A stretch of DNA of 64,000 nt, taken from contig CP145412.1 of assembly GCA_036867785.1 (NCBI GenBank), forward strand, positions 1,364,001 through 1,428,000. Direction: 5' to 3'. Of the stretch, positions 35,701 to 47,825 are shown in pieces. Under the pieces are notes generated by a model that was not told the DNA's origin, did not search any database, and was given only the letters and a program-made list of their open reading frames with translations. Both the position numbers and the translations under genes were made by a program. The stretch's first letter is position 1. Each line of letters starts with the position of its first letter. Origin of the DNA: Plasmodiophora brassicae (lineage: Eukaryota).

Positions 35701-36867
35701 GCCGCGTCCATTGCCCAGGCTGGGCTGAATGCATGGCTTGTGCCCAACTGGTGCCAGAAACGACTGGCGTTCCGTCGCAGTAGTGCCATCGCTCTTATCG
35801 GTCAGAGGTGCGTTCGTGCCGCCCAACTCCGGCGACGGGTGTCATCCGGTTTGTCTCTTGTCCAAGCGGCCATGTCTACATTCATCGCTATGAAGAACGC
35901 TCGGCTGGCGCTCGCTTCGCTGATATGTATCCAGTCGGCAATGCGAACGGCGGCTGCCGTTCAGGGATTCTCGGCAACCGTTCGCGCTATTGTTCGCGTG
36001 CAGTCCAGGTGGCGAGGTCTTCGTGAGCGGCGCCGTGCGACCGCGAAAGTTGCCGCCGCTCGTCAGCGCATCGAAGACGCAGCATCCAGATGGACAATCG
36101 AACTGACGGTCGGGTATCGCACCCGAGCCGCCCTCGATATTCTGCTTAGGTAGGTCACGAACCTGCTTGCGTCGTTCTGCAAGGTTGCTGACGTGGCGGT
36201 TTTCGTTAGTGGTTCCAAGTTGTCCGCCGTCATGCATGCTTGCCGAACCCTGGAGGTCACCACGCGAACGCTGGCCGGGTGTGCCGACGATACTGTCCAG
36301 AATGATGCGGTTCCTGTACTGTACGCGCTGATGCAATCGCTGAACCGGAGCAAGCCGCACCTGGAGTTGTTGCAGTGTGCGCTCAACATTCTCGGTGGGA
36401 ACCTACTAGGCATCTGTCCGTATCTCTGCTGGACGCGCGCTGAACTGTCTGTTCTGCCAGTGAACCTGTCCAATAACGCGTCAACTACAGCGGCCGTGTA
36501 CCAGGCGGACGCCTGCGTCGACGTTATGCTAGAGTTACTGCAGACGCAACGGGACAACGCCGAACTGTTTATCAAAGCAACCCAGCTGCTGTCTAGAGGT
36601 GGCCTGGGTTTAAATTTCGGTGCATCGCCACGTGTCATGACACTGTGTTTAGGCTGCTGCTCCACGGCACCGGGATTCGCCCGTCGGCTCCAGTCTGGCA
36701 GCAAACGCCTGTCGTCAATCCATGGGATTCTCTCGCGTAAACTGGAGATGCAAGTCCGATATCAGCCGTCAGCGAGGGTCGCCGCCAAGCAGACAGCAGC
36801 ACTGAGGCGCTCCGTTGAAAGCATTGAGGAGTTGCTGCGTCTGGTGAACGATCCACCGAGAGAGTAG
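29758..36867 (+). CDS. ASPM: ASPM/Asp abnormal spindle-like protein, multi-exon
   Basis: N-terminal ASH-like region (FVEFGRV..LTIVNP); YDEQWMEKQTTGFVAWVNFVF; SYHNAWLRLALETVYGE; FLQLVLFLDMAK; EFDFSVKDLGNDFRDGVRLC (CH domain); NFTSSFADGRAFAFLIHYYYP; long IQ array; C-terminal ARM-like LMQSLNRSKPHLELL. Confidence 0.93.
33898..35720 (+). repeat. About 12-13 copies of a 50-aa (150-bp) IQ-dimer higher-order repeat within ASPM
   Basis: RRLLACIALQ, RRLQSALALQ, RRLLSCQLIQ and RRSEACRTLQ start exactly 50 aa apart, and similar units continue to RRLMAASIAQ. Confidence 0.85.
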
Positions 36868-37036
36868 ACGTCGCAAGGTTCCCTTATTGTGCTGGAAGGC
36901 ATTTCTAAGTAAAATGCGTATCTACCAGTTGTCCTGTTGCACCAGCCGGCCGCATGTCGTGCGACTCCACATTGGGGAGAGGGGGTTACGGAACCACGAT
37001 GAAGGCGTCCAGAAATAACTTAGGGGCGTCGTTGTG

Positions 37037-38286
37037 ATGGAGAAGCCATGGGCGGGACGCTGGTTGACATCTGCCCGACGGACGCTCCCTCAGGCGGTCG
37101 CTGTCCTGGTTGCACTCGAGATCGTATCCATCGTGCTCGTCGGAAACCACATCCAGACCGGGTTCATTGCGCTGCGGGCGCGCCTCTGGAACCGATCGGC
37201 GAGGAGCCCGCATCTAGAGTATTCGCCGACGGATACGCTTGTTCGAATATGGGAGCGCGATCCTGCGGCGTCATCGTACCTGGAATGGGCGTCACGAGGT
37301 GGACTGCAACAACAGCAGCCGAAGGTGCTCGTGTTGACGCCGATGAAGGATTCCGAGAAGGACTTGCTTCGGTATTTCGCCCTGCTTGATCGACTAACCT
37401 ACCCGAAGCACCTGATGTCTCTGGGCATTCTCGAGGGTGATAGCACAGACGCGACGTTCGCAAAGCTGATGGATATCCTGGCGAAATTGCACGCCGATCG
37501 GGCCTACCGGCGAGTGACTCTGATCAAGAAGAACATGCAGAATGGGAACCGCGCCCTGAACGGACACGAAAGGCACTCTTACGACCGACAAGGGCAGCGC
37601 CGATCGACTCAGGCGAAATGCCGAAACCATCTGCAGAGGACGGCGTTACGGGATGAGGACGTGATTCTGTGGCTGGATTCCGACCTGAAGCAATACCCAG
37701 CGGACCTGATCGAGACGATGCTGGCAACAGGCGCTCGTATTGCGGCTGCTAACTGCATACAACCTTCTGGCAAGTGCTACGACAGGAACAACTGGCGAGA
37801 AACGGCGTCCTCGCTGGTTGTGAAGTCGCAACTGTCAGCCGACGCCCTCTTGTTCGAAGGCTATAACAGCAAGATGCGGACGTATCGCGAGTCGCTATGC
37901 GACATTGGTACGCGTATGCAGGACAAACACCTCTTGCTGAGATCTGACACCAAGCATTCCCGCAGATGATGCTGACGTGGGCGATCTCGTCGCACTAGAT
38001 GGGGTTGGGGGGACGGCCCTCATGGTCGAGGCGGACCTGGTCCGCGAGGGCCTGTTCTTCCCAACCTTCCCGTACAAGCACGCCATCGAGACAGAGGTCG
38101 GGTTCCGGGTCGCAACTGAACCGCCGCGCTGCTGACCACGACACGTTCATAGGGAATTGCACAAGTAGCGAAGTCGATGGGCGTTGAAGTCGTCGGTTTA
38201 CGAACGCTGAAGGTCGCCCAAACGCGATATGGAACCAGACGCACCTAACTTTCGCTTCGGCCCAGGTATTCCACGAAGCAGACTAG
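37037..38286 (+). CDS. Anp1/Mnn9/Van1-family (GT62) alpha-1,6-mannosyltransferase-like
   Basis: TM anchor, PKVLVLTPMKD, LTYPKHLMSLGILEGDSTD, VILWLDSD, YDRNNW, LDGVGGTALMVEADLVREGLFFP, and IETEGIAQVAKSMG. Confidence 0.9.
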
Positions 38287-38357
38287 CGATGCACGTCAGC
38301 CAGGAGTAATATTGTAAAGAATGTAAACCTGGGGTGTATTGGCCAGCCTGGAAGGAG

Positions 38358-40116
38358 TTATTCTTCCTTACCCTGAGCCTTGGACTTTTGTGGCAGAACT
38401 CGCTTGAAGATTATGATGACGACCCAGACCGTGGTAATAACGGCGGTGACGCATCCAATAACTTTAAGAGCAGCCTACACAGAGGTGATGAGAACGGACG
38501 GTCACTGACAGTGCCGAACAACCAACCGTCGGAGTAAGCGTGAAGTTCTGGACGAATTGCTACGCGAGATACGGCAATCAGATTCAGGGGATCGCACATC
38601 AAGAAGCGCGCAAAGTACCCGAAGAACGTATGCGGGATTGTAGACGCTTGGACCGACGAACTTTCGACGCGCTAGTTAGACGTGTACACACACCGATATG
38701 GCCTCGTTGCCATACCTCGATCTTATTGTCCGCGACGTCTTTGAGGAACTTCGTGATGCTCTCAGCAGTAGCAAGGGTGCCATCCTTGGCCGGCCAGTGT
38801 CGTTCGGAGTTATAGTCATAGACAACCATCGCGGGTTTCTGTGAACGGCGTGTCAACAGAGTGCAAGACAAGACAATCAAGCGATGAGCAACTACCTTCC
38901 CGTCAATGTTGAACTGCTTCTGCAACCAGTGGTTCCAGCGGGTGGAATCGATCCAGGAGAAGACAAGTTGCCCATCGTGGCTAACCGCGACGTCATGAAG
39001 TTTCTTCTTCATGTCGGCGAAACCCTGCAACCCGTCACGACCAGTCGCTTGCGGATATCGTGGCAGTAACCGTATATACCTTGTCCGTTGGATCAAGAGC
39101 TGCCATGACGAGCCGCACTGGTTGGGTGACAAGCTCGCGGAAATTCTGCAGACCAAGCTCTGACAGGTATGGGCGCTTGTTCCCATCTACCCAGGCAACC
39201 AGATCGGCGAGAGCTGAACTGGGATCCACAGGAGTTGAGATGTCTTTCGCACCCAACATGACTCTTGTCATCAACGCAGGATGTTGGTTCTGTGGAAAAC
39301 GCGTGCGCTTAGTGTGTCGTCCAACGCAGACATCCGATGCCCATGTACGGATTCGGAGCTGAAGAACGACAGGTTCCGTGCTTGGAACTGGCGGGCGACT
39401 TTCGTAAACAGTTTGTACGCGGGACTCGCGATATCGCCACTGTAAACGAAATACGGATCCGATGCATGAGAGCTTGACAGGGCTACAGCCGGTTCCGGTC
39501 AGCAAGTCCATTCTCTCTGCAATTGGGAAAAGGAACCTTTAAGCGGTTGAACAGCAGGTTTGCTCATGGTTTTCGCAAACTCGACTAGATCATCCTTGCC
39601 GCGGCCGTGCTGATACTCGGACGCGCTGCCATCACGGAAGCTGGTGTGGAGCGGACGTCACAACGGGGGAACAAGCCTGTATACAGCCTGCAACCTACAA
39701 TTTGATCGTAGGGTACCCTTGGATATTCTAAACGTTAACCATCAGGGGCGAAACGCGCGTCCGATCCAGTTGGCGTCGACGACGTACGTATTCTTTGGCG
39801 AGGTCCTTCTCGACCGTGCAATCCACTTTGCCGAACTTGACCTCGGTCTTGCCACGTAGCTGGGCGGCGGCCGCGTCCAACTCGGGCTCCAACTTCTTGC
39901 AGTGCCCGCCTGGCCGGAATACATCAGCCGCGCGCAAACCACACCGGCGCCGCCGATCGTACACCACGGCGCGTAGAAATCGACAATCCACCCGACGCCA
40001 GACGTCGCGTCCAGCACCAGCGGCTTGAAGTTATCCTTGGTCAGGACGGCGACCTCGCCGGCCGCCGTGGCGACGATGGCGGCGACCGCGACGCCGACCA
40101 GCAACGGGCAGCGCAT
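38358..40116 (-). CDS. TMX3-like membrane-anchored protein disulfide isomerase
   Basis: Signal peptide MRCPLLVGVAVAAIVATAAG; VDFYAPWCGHCKKLEPE (WCGHC split by an intron); GKVDCT; redox-inactive Trx domains; C-terminal TM and Lys-containing tail KSKAQGKEE. Confidence 0.85.
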
Positions 40117-40177
40117 CGCACGCGCACCCAATCCCCACCCAAAATGCAAATGACCGGGGGCTGCCAGCCCGGCTGCA

Positions 40178-40237
40178 GCAGCACTATTTGCCCCTGTTAC
40201 CTACTCGGCAGCACCCTTTGCCCCTGTTACCTACTCG
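40178..40237. repeat. 30-bp direct tandem duplication in a divergent promoter
   Basis: GCAGCACTATTTGCCCCTGTTACCTACTCG followed by GCAGCACCCTTTGCCCCTGTTACCTACTCG (2 mismatches). Confidence 0.9.
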
Positions 40238-40382
40238 AAGTACCCTGTCCGGCTGCTTCGCCTCAGACGTGTTCCCCCAGGTCCACTGGCCCAGATGTCC
40301 AAAGTCGATCGTGCGACATTCAGTACGGAAGCCGATCGTGGAGTACGGTCTGTTAGAGAGCGTGTCGTACGTCCGGCGCGCC

Positions 40383-41649
40383 ATGGTGGAGCCAGGGGCG
40401 GCGTTTGATGTCGAGTCCGAGTTCGACGAGGTGCGATTGGAGAATGAACTGCAGGCGACGATGGAGCGCAACGACCAGTTGATCAAGGAGAACGAGATGT
40501 TCACGGCGCACCTGTTCAGGAGGAAGCCGCCGCCCGCCGATGGCCAGCTGGGGCCGGAACCCGTCATGGAGGGGGGCAGGCGCCCGATGACGCCCGCGGA
40601 GAAACTGGAGATCATCATGCTCGAAGAGGACGCCATCAACGCCGACATCGCCGCGCTGGCAGACCAGGCGCAACGGGACATCATCTCGCTGAAGGAGGTG
40701 CTCGAGGAGAGCACCGTCCGATGCAATGAGATCAAGAAGGACGCCTACGAGCTTCGCCGGGACCTGTTCATCAACGCGGAAAATCCAAAGGTCGTCCGAT
40801 TGTTTCGGCTAGCGGTTACCACCTGACCTGGTGGACGCTCCCAGGGCGAGATCTCCGCGGAGCGCATCGTGAAGTACTTCCAGGAGAAGCTGGAAGCGAA
40901 GCAGGCGCAGTGCGACAAGCTGGCCGCGAAGAACAACTCGCTGAAGCAGCAGATCCAGAAGTGCGACCTGCAGCTGAAGCAGAAGAGCGAGCAGGGCGAG
41001 AACCTGCACCAGATCGACTTCCAGCAGCTGCAGATCGAGAACTCGCAGTACAACGCCAAGATCGACCAGCGCAACAAGCAGCTCCTGAAGCTGAAGATGA
41101 CCACGGTCAAGACCGTCCAGGTACGCGACGAATTGTACTTGCTCCATTGTCAAGCCTGCCTGAGCGCCCGGGTCCGGTCAGATCCTAAACAACGGGAAGA
41201 CGGACCTGGCAGGCCTGCTAAATAAGAACACGTGCCTCAAACGCGATATCGACGAACGCAAGGCGCAAATCAAGCGGATGTCGGACGAACTCAACCGCGT
41301 TGTCGAAGACGTCGCCAAGGCCAAGAAGTACAACAAGCGGTGCGAGGAGAAGCTGAACAGGTTGGCCGTTATGTTTCCCCCCACCTTGCGGTCACTAACC
41401 GGACAATGTGTCAGCATGGAGATGCCGAAGATCCTCGACTACGTGCATCAGACCAGCGAGGCGCAGGCCCTGCGAGCCGTTCTGCAGAACTGGAAGCGCA
41501 AGGTGGAGATTGCCGAGATCGGCACCCGGCGCGTCATAACGGCACGTCACGCGCAGGCCCAGCAGGACCAGGTGAAGCTCAAGCAGAAGGTCAGGCACGA
41601 CGCCGACGAAGCCGAGCTGAAAGCCCATCTGGAACACGACCTGCAATGA
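40383..41649 (+). CDS. CCDC113: Ciliary coiled-coil protein CCDC113/CFAP263 (DUF4201)
   Basis: EIKKDAYELRRD, ISAERIVKYFQEKL, GENLHQIDFQQLQIENSQYNAKIDQRNKQLLKLK, MPKILDYV, and WKRKVEIAE. Confidence 0.85.
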
Positions 41650-41715
41650 CGCACTGCTAATTGAAACTCGCCCCAGAGGATACCTACCGAATCGATCGAT
41701 AGTACGATTAGGGCT

Positions 41716-42350
41716 ATGACGAATGCGGCCGCTGCAGCGTTCGCCATCGACGAAGTGTTTGGTATCATCGATGCGTCAGCTACCGGGCGAGTCGATGCTG
41801 ACAGTAGGGCACACGTTGGAGCACCGCACAGCGCACGCGGGTGACGACCGTGTACAGATTTGCTTCCCATCCTAAGCCGGATCGGGATTGTCGCCACCCG
41901 GAAACAGGTCCACGAGATGATGGTTGCCAGCTTCGGAGCGGGAACGTTGAATCCCACCGAGTTCAAGAAGGTCCTAGAGCGGCCAACCGCCATCGAGGTC
42001 GGACGAACGCGTTCCGTGCATTCGTTCGACCACTAAAGGTTGGCGTTGTAGGCCGACCAGGACACAGAAGCCGCCGAGTTGCTCTGGGCCATGAGTCAGG
42101 TCTGAAGCGTGTCAATCAAGAGCCACATGCGGCGGGCGGCACTGAATGCGCTGTACAGATCGCAATCGACGGCAGCGAGTTCATCCAGGTGAAGACGCTG
42201 CATCATTACCTGACGCTGTTCGGACTGGATCTACCAGACGCACAGTTCAGCCGAGTGTTCGCCGGCCTGCACATCGAAGCGAACGGGACCATCGAGTTCC
42301 GCGAAGTCATCAACCACATCTTGTCGAACAGGACCTACTTGCGGAAGTGA
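41716..42350 (+). CDS. Degenerate EF-hand (calmodulin/centrin-like) protein, multi-exon
   Basis: EVFGIIDASATGRVD, QVHEMMVASFGAGTLNPTEF, IDGSEFIQVKTLHHYLTLFG, and IEANGTIEFREV. Confidence 0.65.
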
Positions 42351-44049
42351 CAGGCCGACTATACATGGAACTGCTCGCAGCCGCAGCACCAATACCAGCG
42401 TTTTAGTCATGATCCGAAGAACGTGGCGAGTCGTCGCGATCGCTGGGAATAGCCTGACGACGCCCCGGATTCGTGAACGGCACGATGTGCGGAAGAACGC
42501 CGACACGCGACTCGGTCGCCGCTGGTGGTTCGCTGGCAGCCGGCTGGAGTACACGGACGGCCTCGGGCAGTTCCGACAGTCCGCCGTCCCGCAAGCGGCG
42601 CGTGACAAACAGTGCAGCGCTCATACCGGGCGCCGGAGATCCGGACGGAGACACTTGCCGACCAGACAGTCTGGTCCTGGCTGCGACAGTGGTTGGCGAG
42701 TGGCGCCGACAGGGCAGTCTGCCACGAACTACGTTCGTCCCGACACTGGGAACTGCGCAGTTCTGTGTGACCTGAAATCCGGGCCTGCCGCCGTAACGTG
42801 ACCAGTGGGGCTCGGGACGAAGAGTATCTACCCGTAATTTGCATGGTTGCCCGGTCGCGTGGCCTTCCCCGTGCGGTCGACGACAAGCGTGTATTGTGCT
42901 CCTTTTACTGCTGGGTTTACGCATCCCCGAGAGATCTTGATCGGTTTTCCTTTGGGGAGCCTGGCTGAAATGCGCAGTAACATTGGTCTGGATTGGTTGC
43001 TATCCGATCGTAACGCATCCAGATGTTTCCTACGTTATATGCCACACTTATCACCTCCACCGAAAGCCATTGCAGTCCGCTGAGATGTTTAACTGGTCAG
43101 CCGCTCGCAAAAGGCATGTAAAATCGTGTCTGGGCGTGTACATGTGGCCGCGTGAGCATTGTGGGTTCGTCGAACGTCCGAAGGTTCCGAGAAACAATCG
43201 CAACAGGCATTGTCTGCCGATGAAATCGGGAACAATGTACGCAGCACCAGGAACCGCTGCTGCACATGCCGTGGCAGGTCACCCCATCGCAAATGAAGAA
43301 CGAGAGCAACCATCGTCCACCGCAGTTATCGTCTCCCTTCTCCTAGTTGTAGAGTCCTGCCATTGACGAATCCGGCTTTTCGACAATTCTGGATGCTGAG
43401 TTTAAGCAAATGGTTAATTCGCACCTGAGCTGTCCCCGAATCAGCTACTTGTTGGTGCTCAGACCAGGTCTCCTGTAGGGTCGCTTCACAGTGCCCTTCC
43501 CCATATCGATCGATCGCGTCTCAAATGGCGCAGGGCGATGTACCTATGTTCCCAGTGGCCCATGCTTTCGGTAAAGCAGAAAACCCTTCCTCTTTGTTAC
43601 ATCGGCCTTGTAACTGATGTTGACGTTAGGATATTCGCACGTCGAGCTGTCGTTTTCTGTCTGGTTCTTCGACTGGGCAATGAAACTGTCTTCGCCCAGG
43701 GATCGAACCGCAGATCACGCTGTTCGACTACGAAGTAGGACTGGCCTTTGGAGGTTTCCTCGTCCATTTGCATGGGCATTGCGTATGGCGGCTCTGGCCG
43801 CATCCACCGAACAAACTGCCGCAGAGCGGACTTGCTGGTCGAGTGCTTCGTTCTGGTGGTCCGTGACAAACACGTTTCTCTACAGCCAGCCGGGCCCGCT
43901 CGTGGCCGATCAACTGCAGCACCGTTTAGGTATCTCTGCCCATGTATCTGCTTGCAGGCTTCCTGGATAGGGCTATGGGTGCCTATCGGTAATGACGCCA
44001 CGTATTGTCTGGTCTCGCCCTGCAAGTTCGATCGTGTGGGACAAGATGC

Positions 44050-44055
44050 AAAAAA
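44050..44055 (-). terminator. RNA Pol III terminator (T6) of the tRNA gene
   Basis: TTTTTT on the minus strand, after a 5-nt spacer downstream of the tRNA discriminator. Confidence 0.75.
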
Positions 44056-44060
44056 TCGTG

Positions 44061-44133
44061 TCGCTCGGCCACGCTTCGATCGTGGGACCTATGGGTTATG
44101 GGCCCATCGCTCTTCCTACTGAGCTACCAAGCG
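44061..44133 (-). tRNA. tRNA-Met(CAT), initiator-type but with C1:G72
   Basis: CGCTTGG TA GCTC AGTAGGAA GAGC G ATGGG CCCATAA CCCAT AGGTC CCACG ATCGAAG CGTGG CCGAGCG A folds into a full 73-nt cloverleaf. It has anticodon CAT, three G-C pairs at 29-31/39-41, C33, A20, A54, and a downstream T-tract. Confidence 0.93.
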
Positions 44134-44378
44134 CATTTCGCGACAAGCTTTGTCCGATTAGACTTTAGCCATAGAGCAAGGAAAGCCGGGCTGGATGCCC
44201 CAGCCTTACACTGGCGGCAGCTCTAGGCCCATCGGTCCATCATATCACATAGGCGACAAGTTGCATGCAGACACAAGGATACGGTAGCCGGACCCGAGGC
44301 TTGCTCCGTTCGTCATGTAGACTCTGCTGGAGAGTGATGGGTACGCTGGAAACGTCAAGATCAAGGCGACATTTTGGT

Positions 44379-45862
44379 TTATGGTAGATATTTCAGTGCG
44401 TACTCATAGACAAGGAATACGACAGCATTGGCGGGACCTGACACATATCGTCAGCAACATGGCGAAATGTCTAACGAGGACGCTTCCAACCAGCTCGTAG
44501 AAGTGTCAGCGGAAGGCCTGCGAAGAACGCCTTGGACCCCTCAGTTTTGTATATAGTGCGCATCAATCTGAGGAAACTCCCTATGTACATAGAGGAATCG
44601 TAGTTTCAGGGGCAACGTAAGGTCGTAAGCACTAATGTAGCATGAAGAATCCAAACCTGGATGGCCAGTCTGCTGCCTCGACTTTACGACGTCCTGTAGC
44701 GGATAGTCAGCGGCAAGGATACAAAAGGCGCGAACGATGGTTCCTACCTGGGGGTAGCCTGAAATCCAGTATGCAGCACCTCCCACAAACCCTGACGATA
44801 CAAGATGAATTATTGCTTGAAAGACGGTACGCTAGTGCTATCAAACCTGCCAACATGATGGACAGAGAGTCTCGTGGGCAGTTGTCAGGACATCTGTATC
44901 GCACGATCGCTTCATACAAGACGAAGTAGAAGGCACTACCCGGAATCTGAATCGGCAGACCAGAATGTTAGCAAAACTGCAACAACGCGAAGAAAGCATC
45001 CCACCTCTCTCAGCAATGTCGTGTACTGCCCTCTGAATAGCCCCCGTGGTCCTTCTGATCGCAACGTCGACAAAAGACAATGCAGAGTCCCTCTGTACTT
45101 GACAGCAGTTAACCCTGATTGCATTCTGCATTTGACCAGCTTCGTCGAACAAATTGGGACCGCACAAAAGCATGATTGGGTTTGGATCACCAACCTCTAA
45201 GGGTGTCTGCCAGAACGAAATTACAACGCCGGCGGCGACTCCCGATATGCACACATTCGTCATAGAGGCGGACCTGTTGCGGAGGCGGTTACAGTCAGCG
45301 CGCAACAGGCACTTCAGCGGGGATACCTGGGATCTGGTGCGCCTAGCTTCGACGACACCCACGAGTATACACCGACTGGCATGAACATTAGAAGCAAAGT
45401 GTCGTCGCGCTACTCGGCCACACTTACAGCAAATCGCGTTCTCACATGTTGCCCCGAAGAGCGGTGCACCGATGCCCTGTAAGAAACGACGGTCAGTGAC
45501 GGGGGCAAGCGCGCCGCGACTGACAGCACTATCTGCCTTGTAGAATCCAAAGAGCCCTCGTCGCTGAAACGTGTCGACGACACAATGCAGTGAACCCCTG
45601 AACTTTCCCGGCTCCGTCTGCTGCCGCACTTTGATCGTATCGGCAGGGTACTCTCTGCGTGCACACTGAGCAATACCGCCACGATGTCACTGTAAACCCT
45701 CACATAATCTTGGCCATCATGCCGGACACCTACGACACCGTCAACAACAACAACGCACGGCACGGCCACGCCAACCTCATCACGTACCGATCCCGCGACG
45801 AAATGCCTCGACGAATCCGCAAAGTACAGCGGGAGCGGCGCGACGCCGTCCTCAGCGGCCAT
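44379..45862 (-). CDS. Mitochondrial carrier (SLC25; ornithine/carnitine-carrier-like), multi-exon
   Basis: RHFVAGS, PADTIKVRQQT, QTPLELVKCRMQ, EGPRGLFRG, GGAAYWISGYPQDVVKSRQQT (three PX[DE]XX[KR] motifs), and ANAVVFLVYE. Confidence 0.9.
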
Positions 45863-46267
45863 CGCAACGAGGGCGCCGTGGACGACGCAGGCGCACACGG
45901 CACACAAACAGGTTGTCACATAAAACATTGCGCACACCCCGAAACCAGCCATGTCGGTGCAGCAGTTGCACCATACCGCCACCTGCTTCGCCCAGGCTCA
46001 AGCACCGTATGGCTCTTGACCGGCACCCACTGTTGATCCAGCTGGGTGCCAGTGCGCCCAGGAGACGGCGGCGACCCGTTTCCAAGTACGTCGATCGGGC
46101 AAGACAGACGGCGTGTGTACCCGTATATACGGATATGCTCGGTCGACGACCGCAGATCGAATCTCGTGCCCAGCGGTACGGTTGCTCGGTGACGTTCGAC
46201 GTTTGGCCACGTAAATTCGCCGCGCGGCGGCCGGGGAAGTGCGCTGGTACCTGCTGCATCTGCGGGA

Positions 46268-47721
46268 ATGGCGAGCGGTGTCGGCGACGTCGCCGTGGAC
46301 AAGGGCGCCGTGCTGGAGCGCGTCGAGGCGCTCGTACGGGGCGGCGATCTGACGACGCTGACGACGAAGGCGATTCTGAAGCAGGTGGCGGACGAGTTCG
46401 GCGCCGATGCAGCCGTGTCATATAAACGCGATATCAAGGATCGCGTCCACGATGTCATTGAGTCCATGAATCCGCATGAATCGTAGGATGTGCAAAGCTA
46501 TCCACAACTGCTCGTCGACCTGAAAGTGCACTGAATCGTACAGAGAGGATGATGAAGCTAGAGACGAACGTGCTGCGGAGACGGCAGATGGCGGTAGTGG
46601 ATCGCCAGCTCGTCGGGCCTCGAAGAGAAGAAAAGCGACGCCAGTGAAGGAGCCGACAAAGAAGAAACGACGAACGACGGCCTCAGCTAGTGGGATAGCC
46701 CGTCCGATCGGAATCTCCCGCCAGTTAGCCAACTTCCTACGTAAGCAACGTGCACACATCCTGTCCATGTTGCCTCCTCTAAGCACCGCAACGCTATAGA
46801 CGTCCCGTATGACGGCGACGAAGACATTGGTGGCGCGCAGATGGCCAGGTGAATCTGCTGGAGGCGTATTGCCGCTGCGCATGGCTGATCATGCAACACA
46901 GAACGGAAGTAGCCAAGAGAATCGGTCGATACGTCAAGGAGCACAACCTCCAGGCAGAGCATGACGGAAGGAGGATCATATTTGATGACGCGTTGCGTAA
47001 CCTGTTCGGCGTGGACGAAGCAACGTACTTTTCCTTACAGACTCTCTTGTCTCCTCATTTTGAGAAGCTGGCTGCCAAGGAGCGTCCTAAGCATGACGCG
47101 TCGTCTGGTCCCCCTCGCCGCAACGCGTTTCACAATCCAGTTGTGTGGTCGGATAAGCTGCAGGTCTGGTTTTGTGTCGGTGGTAACCATCGTGGGTTCT
47201 CATGGTGTCGGTCTTGGTAGGCGCTTCTCGGCGGCGACAAGAGGGTATCAAGGCCACAAACTGTGAAGCTGCTCTGGGAATATATTAAATCTCACGACCT
47301 TCAAGACCCGAAAGACAAACGGTCGGGCGCACATGATGGATTTGTCACATCGTCTTCATTGGCTGAGCTTCGTTCCAGGATCATTGTATGCGATGATGCA
47401 ATGTATAACGTCTTCAAGGTTAAACGGTTGCACATGATGAAAATGAACAAGATTCTGTCTGCCCACCTGCGTTCAGTCGATGACATTGCTGGTGACGGTG
47501 CCAACAACGACGATGACGAATCCGAGAACGGCAGCGGCGACGATGCTGAGGAGGAGGATGACGCCGACGTTGAGGACCAGCCATCCATCAAACGAGAAGC
47601 CGGCTCACACGTCAAGAGGGAACCGGCGGAAGAACAGGACCTGCCAGCACCAGCAGTCGGGGACGCTCACGTGAAGCAGGAAGAGCGAGCAGACGTGCAG
47701 GCTGGGAAGCCGTCTGAATAA
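46268..47721 (+). CDS. DEK-C plus two SWIB/MDM2 domains (UAF30/Spp27-like)
   Basis: DLTTLTTKAILKQVADEFG (DEK-C); RTEVAKRIGRYVKEHNLQ..RRIIFDDALRNLFG; RPQTVKLLWEYIKSHDLQDPKDKR.IVCDD. Confidence 0.88.
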
Positions 47722-47825
47722 GCGCTTAACATTGAATCGTGTTTATACGGCACCCATGGCCGAACCATATTTTGGGAACGCGCGCGCTCGTTGCCTGAAG
47801 AGTGACGCGGCGCTGTGCGAATACG

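Noticed and set aside
40178-40250. 30-bp repeats as a CRISPR array or RFX X-box
   Set aside because: Only two directly adjacent units with no spacers, in a eukaryotic context; no palindromic second X-box half-site.
42899-42910. CCTTTTACT resembling U5 snRNA loop 1
   Set aside because: Lacks the invariant GCC context, the flanking stem and an Sm site.
43066-43079. GCCATTGCAGTCCG resembling U1 snRNA loop II
   Set aside because: Mismatch in the ATTGCAC core and no upstream ATACTTACCTG.
43685-43760. Possible second tRNA around minus-strand GGTTCGATCCC
   Set aside because: The T-stem, anticodon stem and acceptor stem do not pair.
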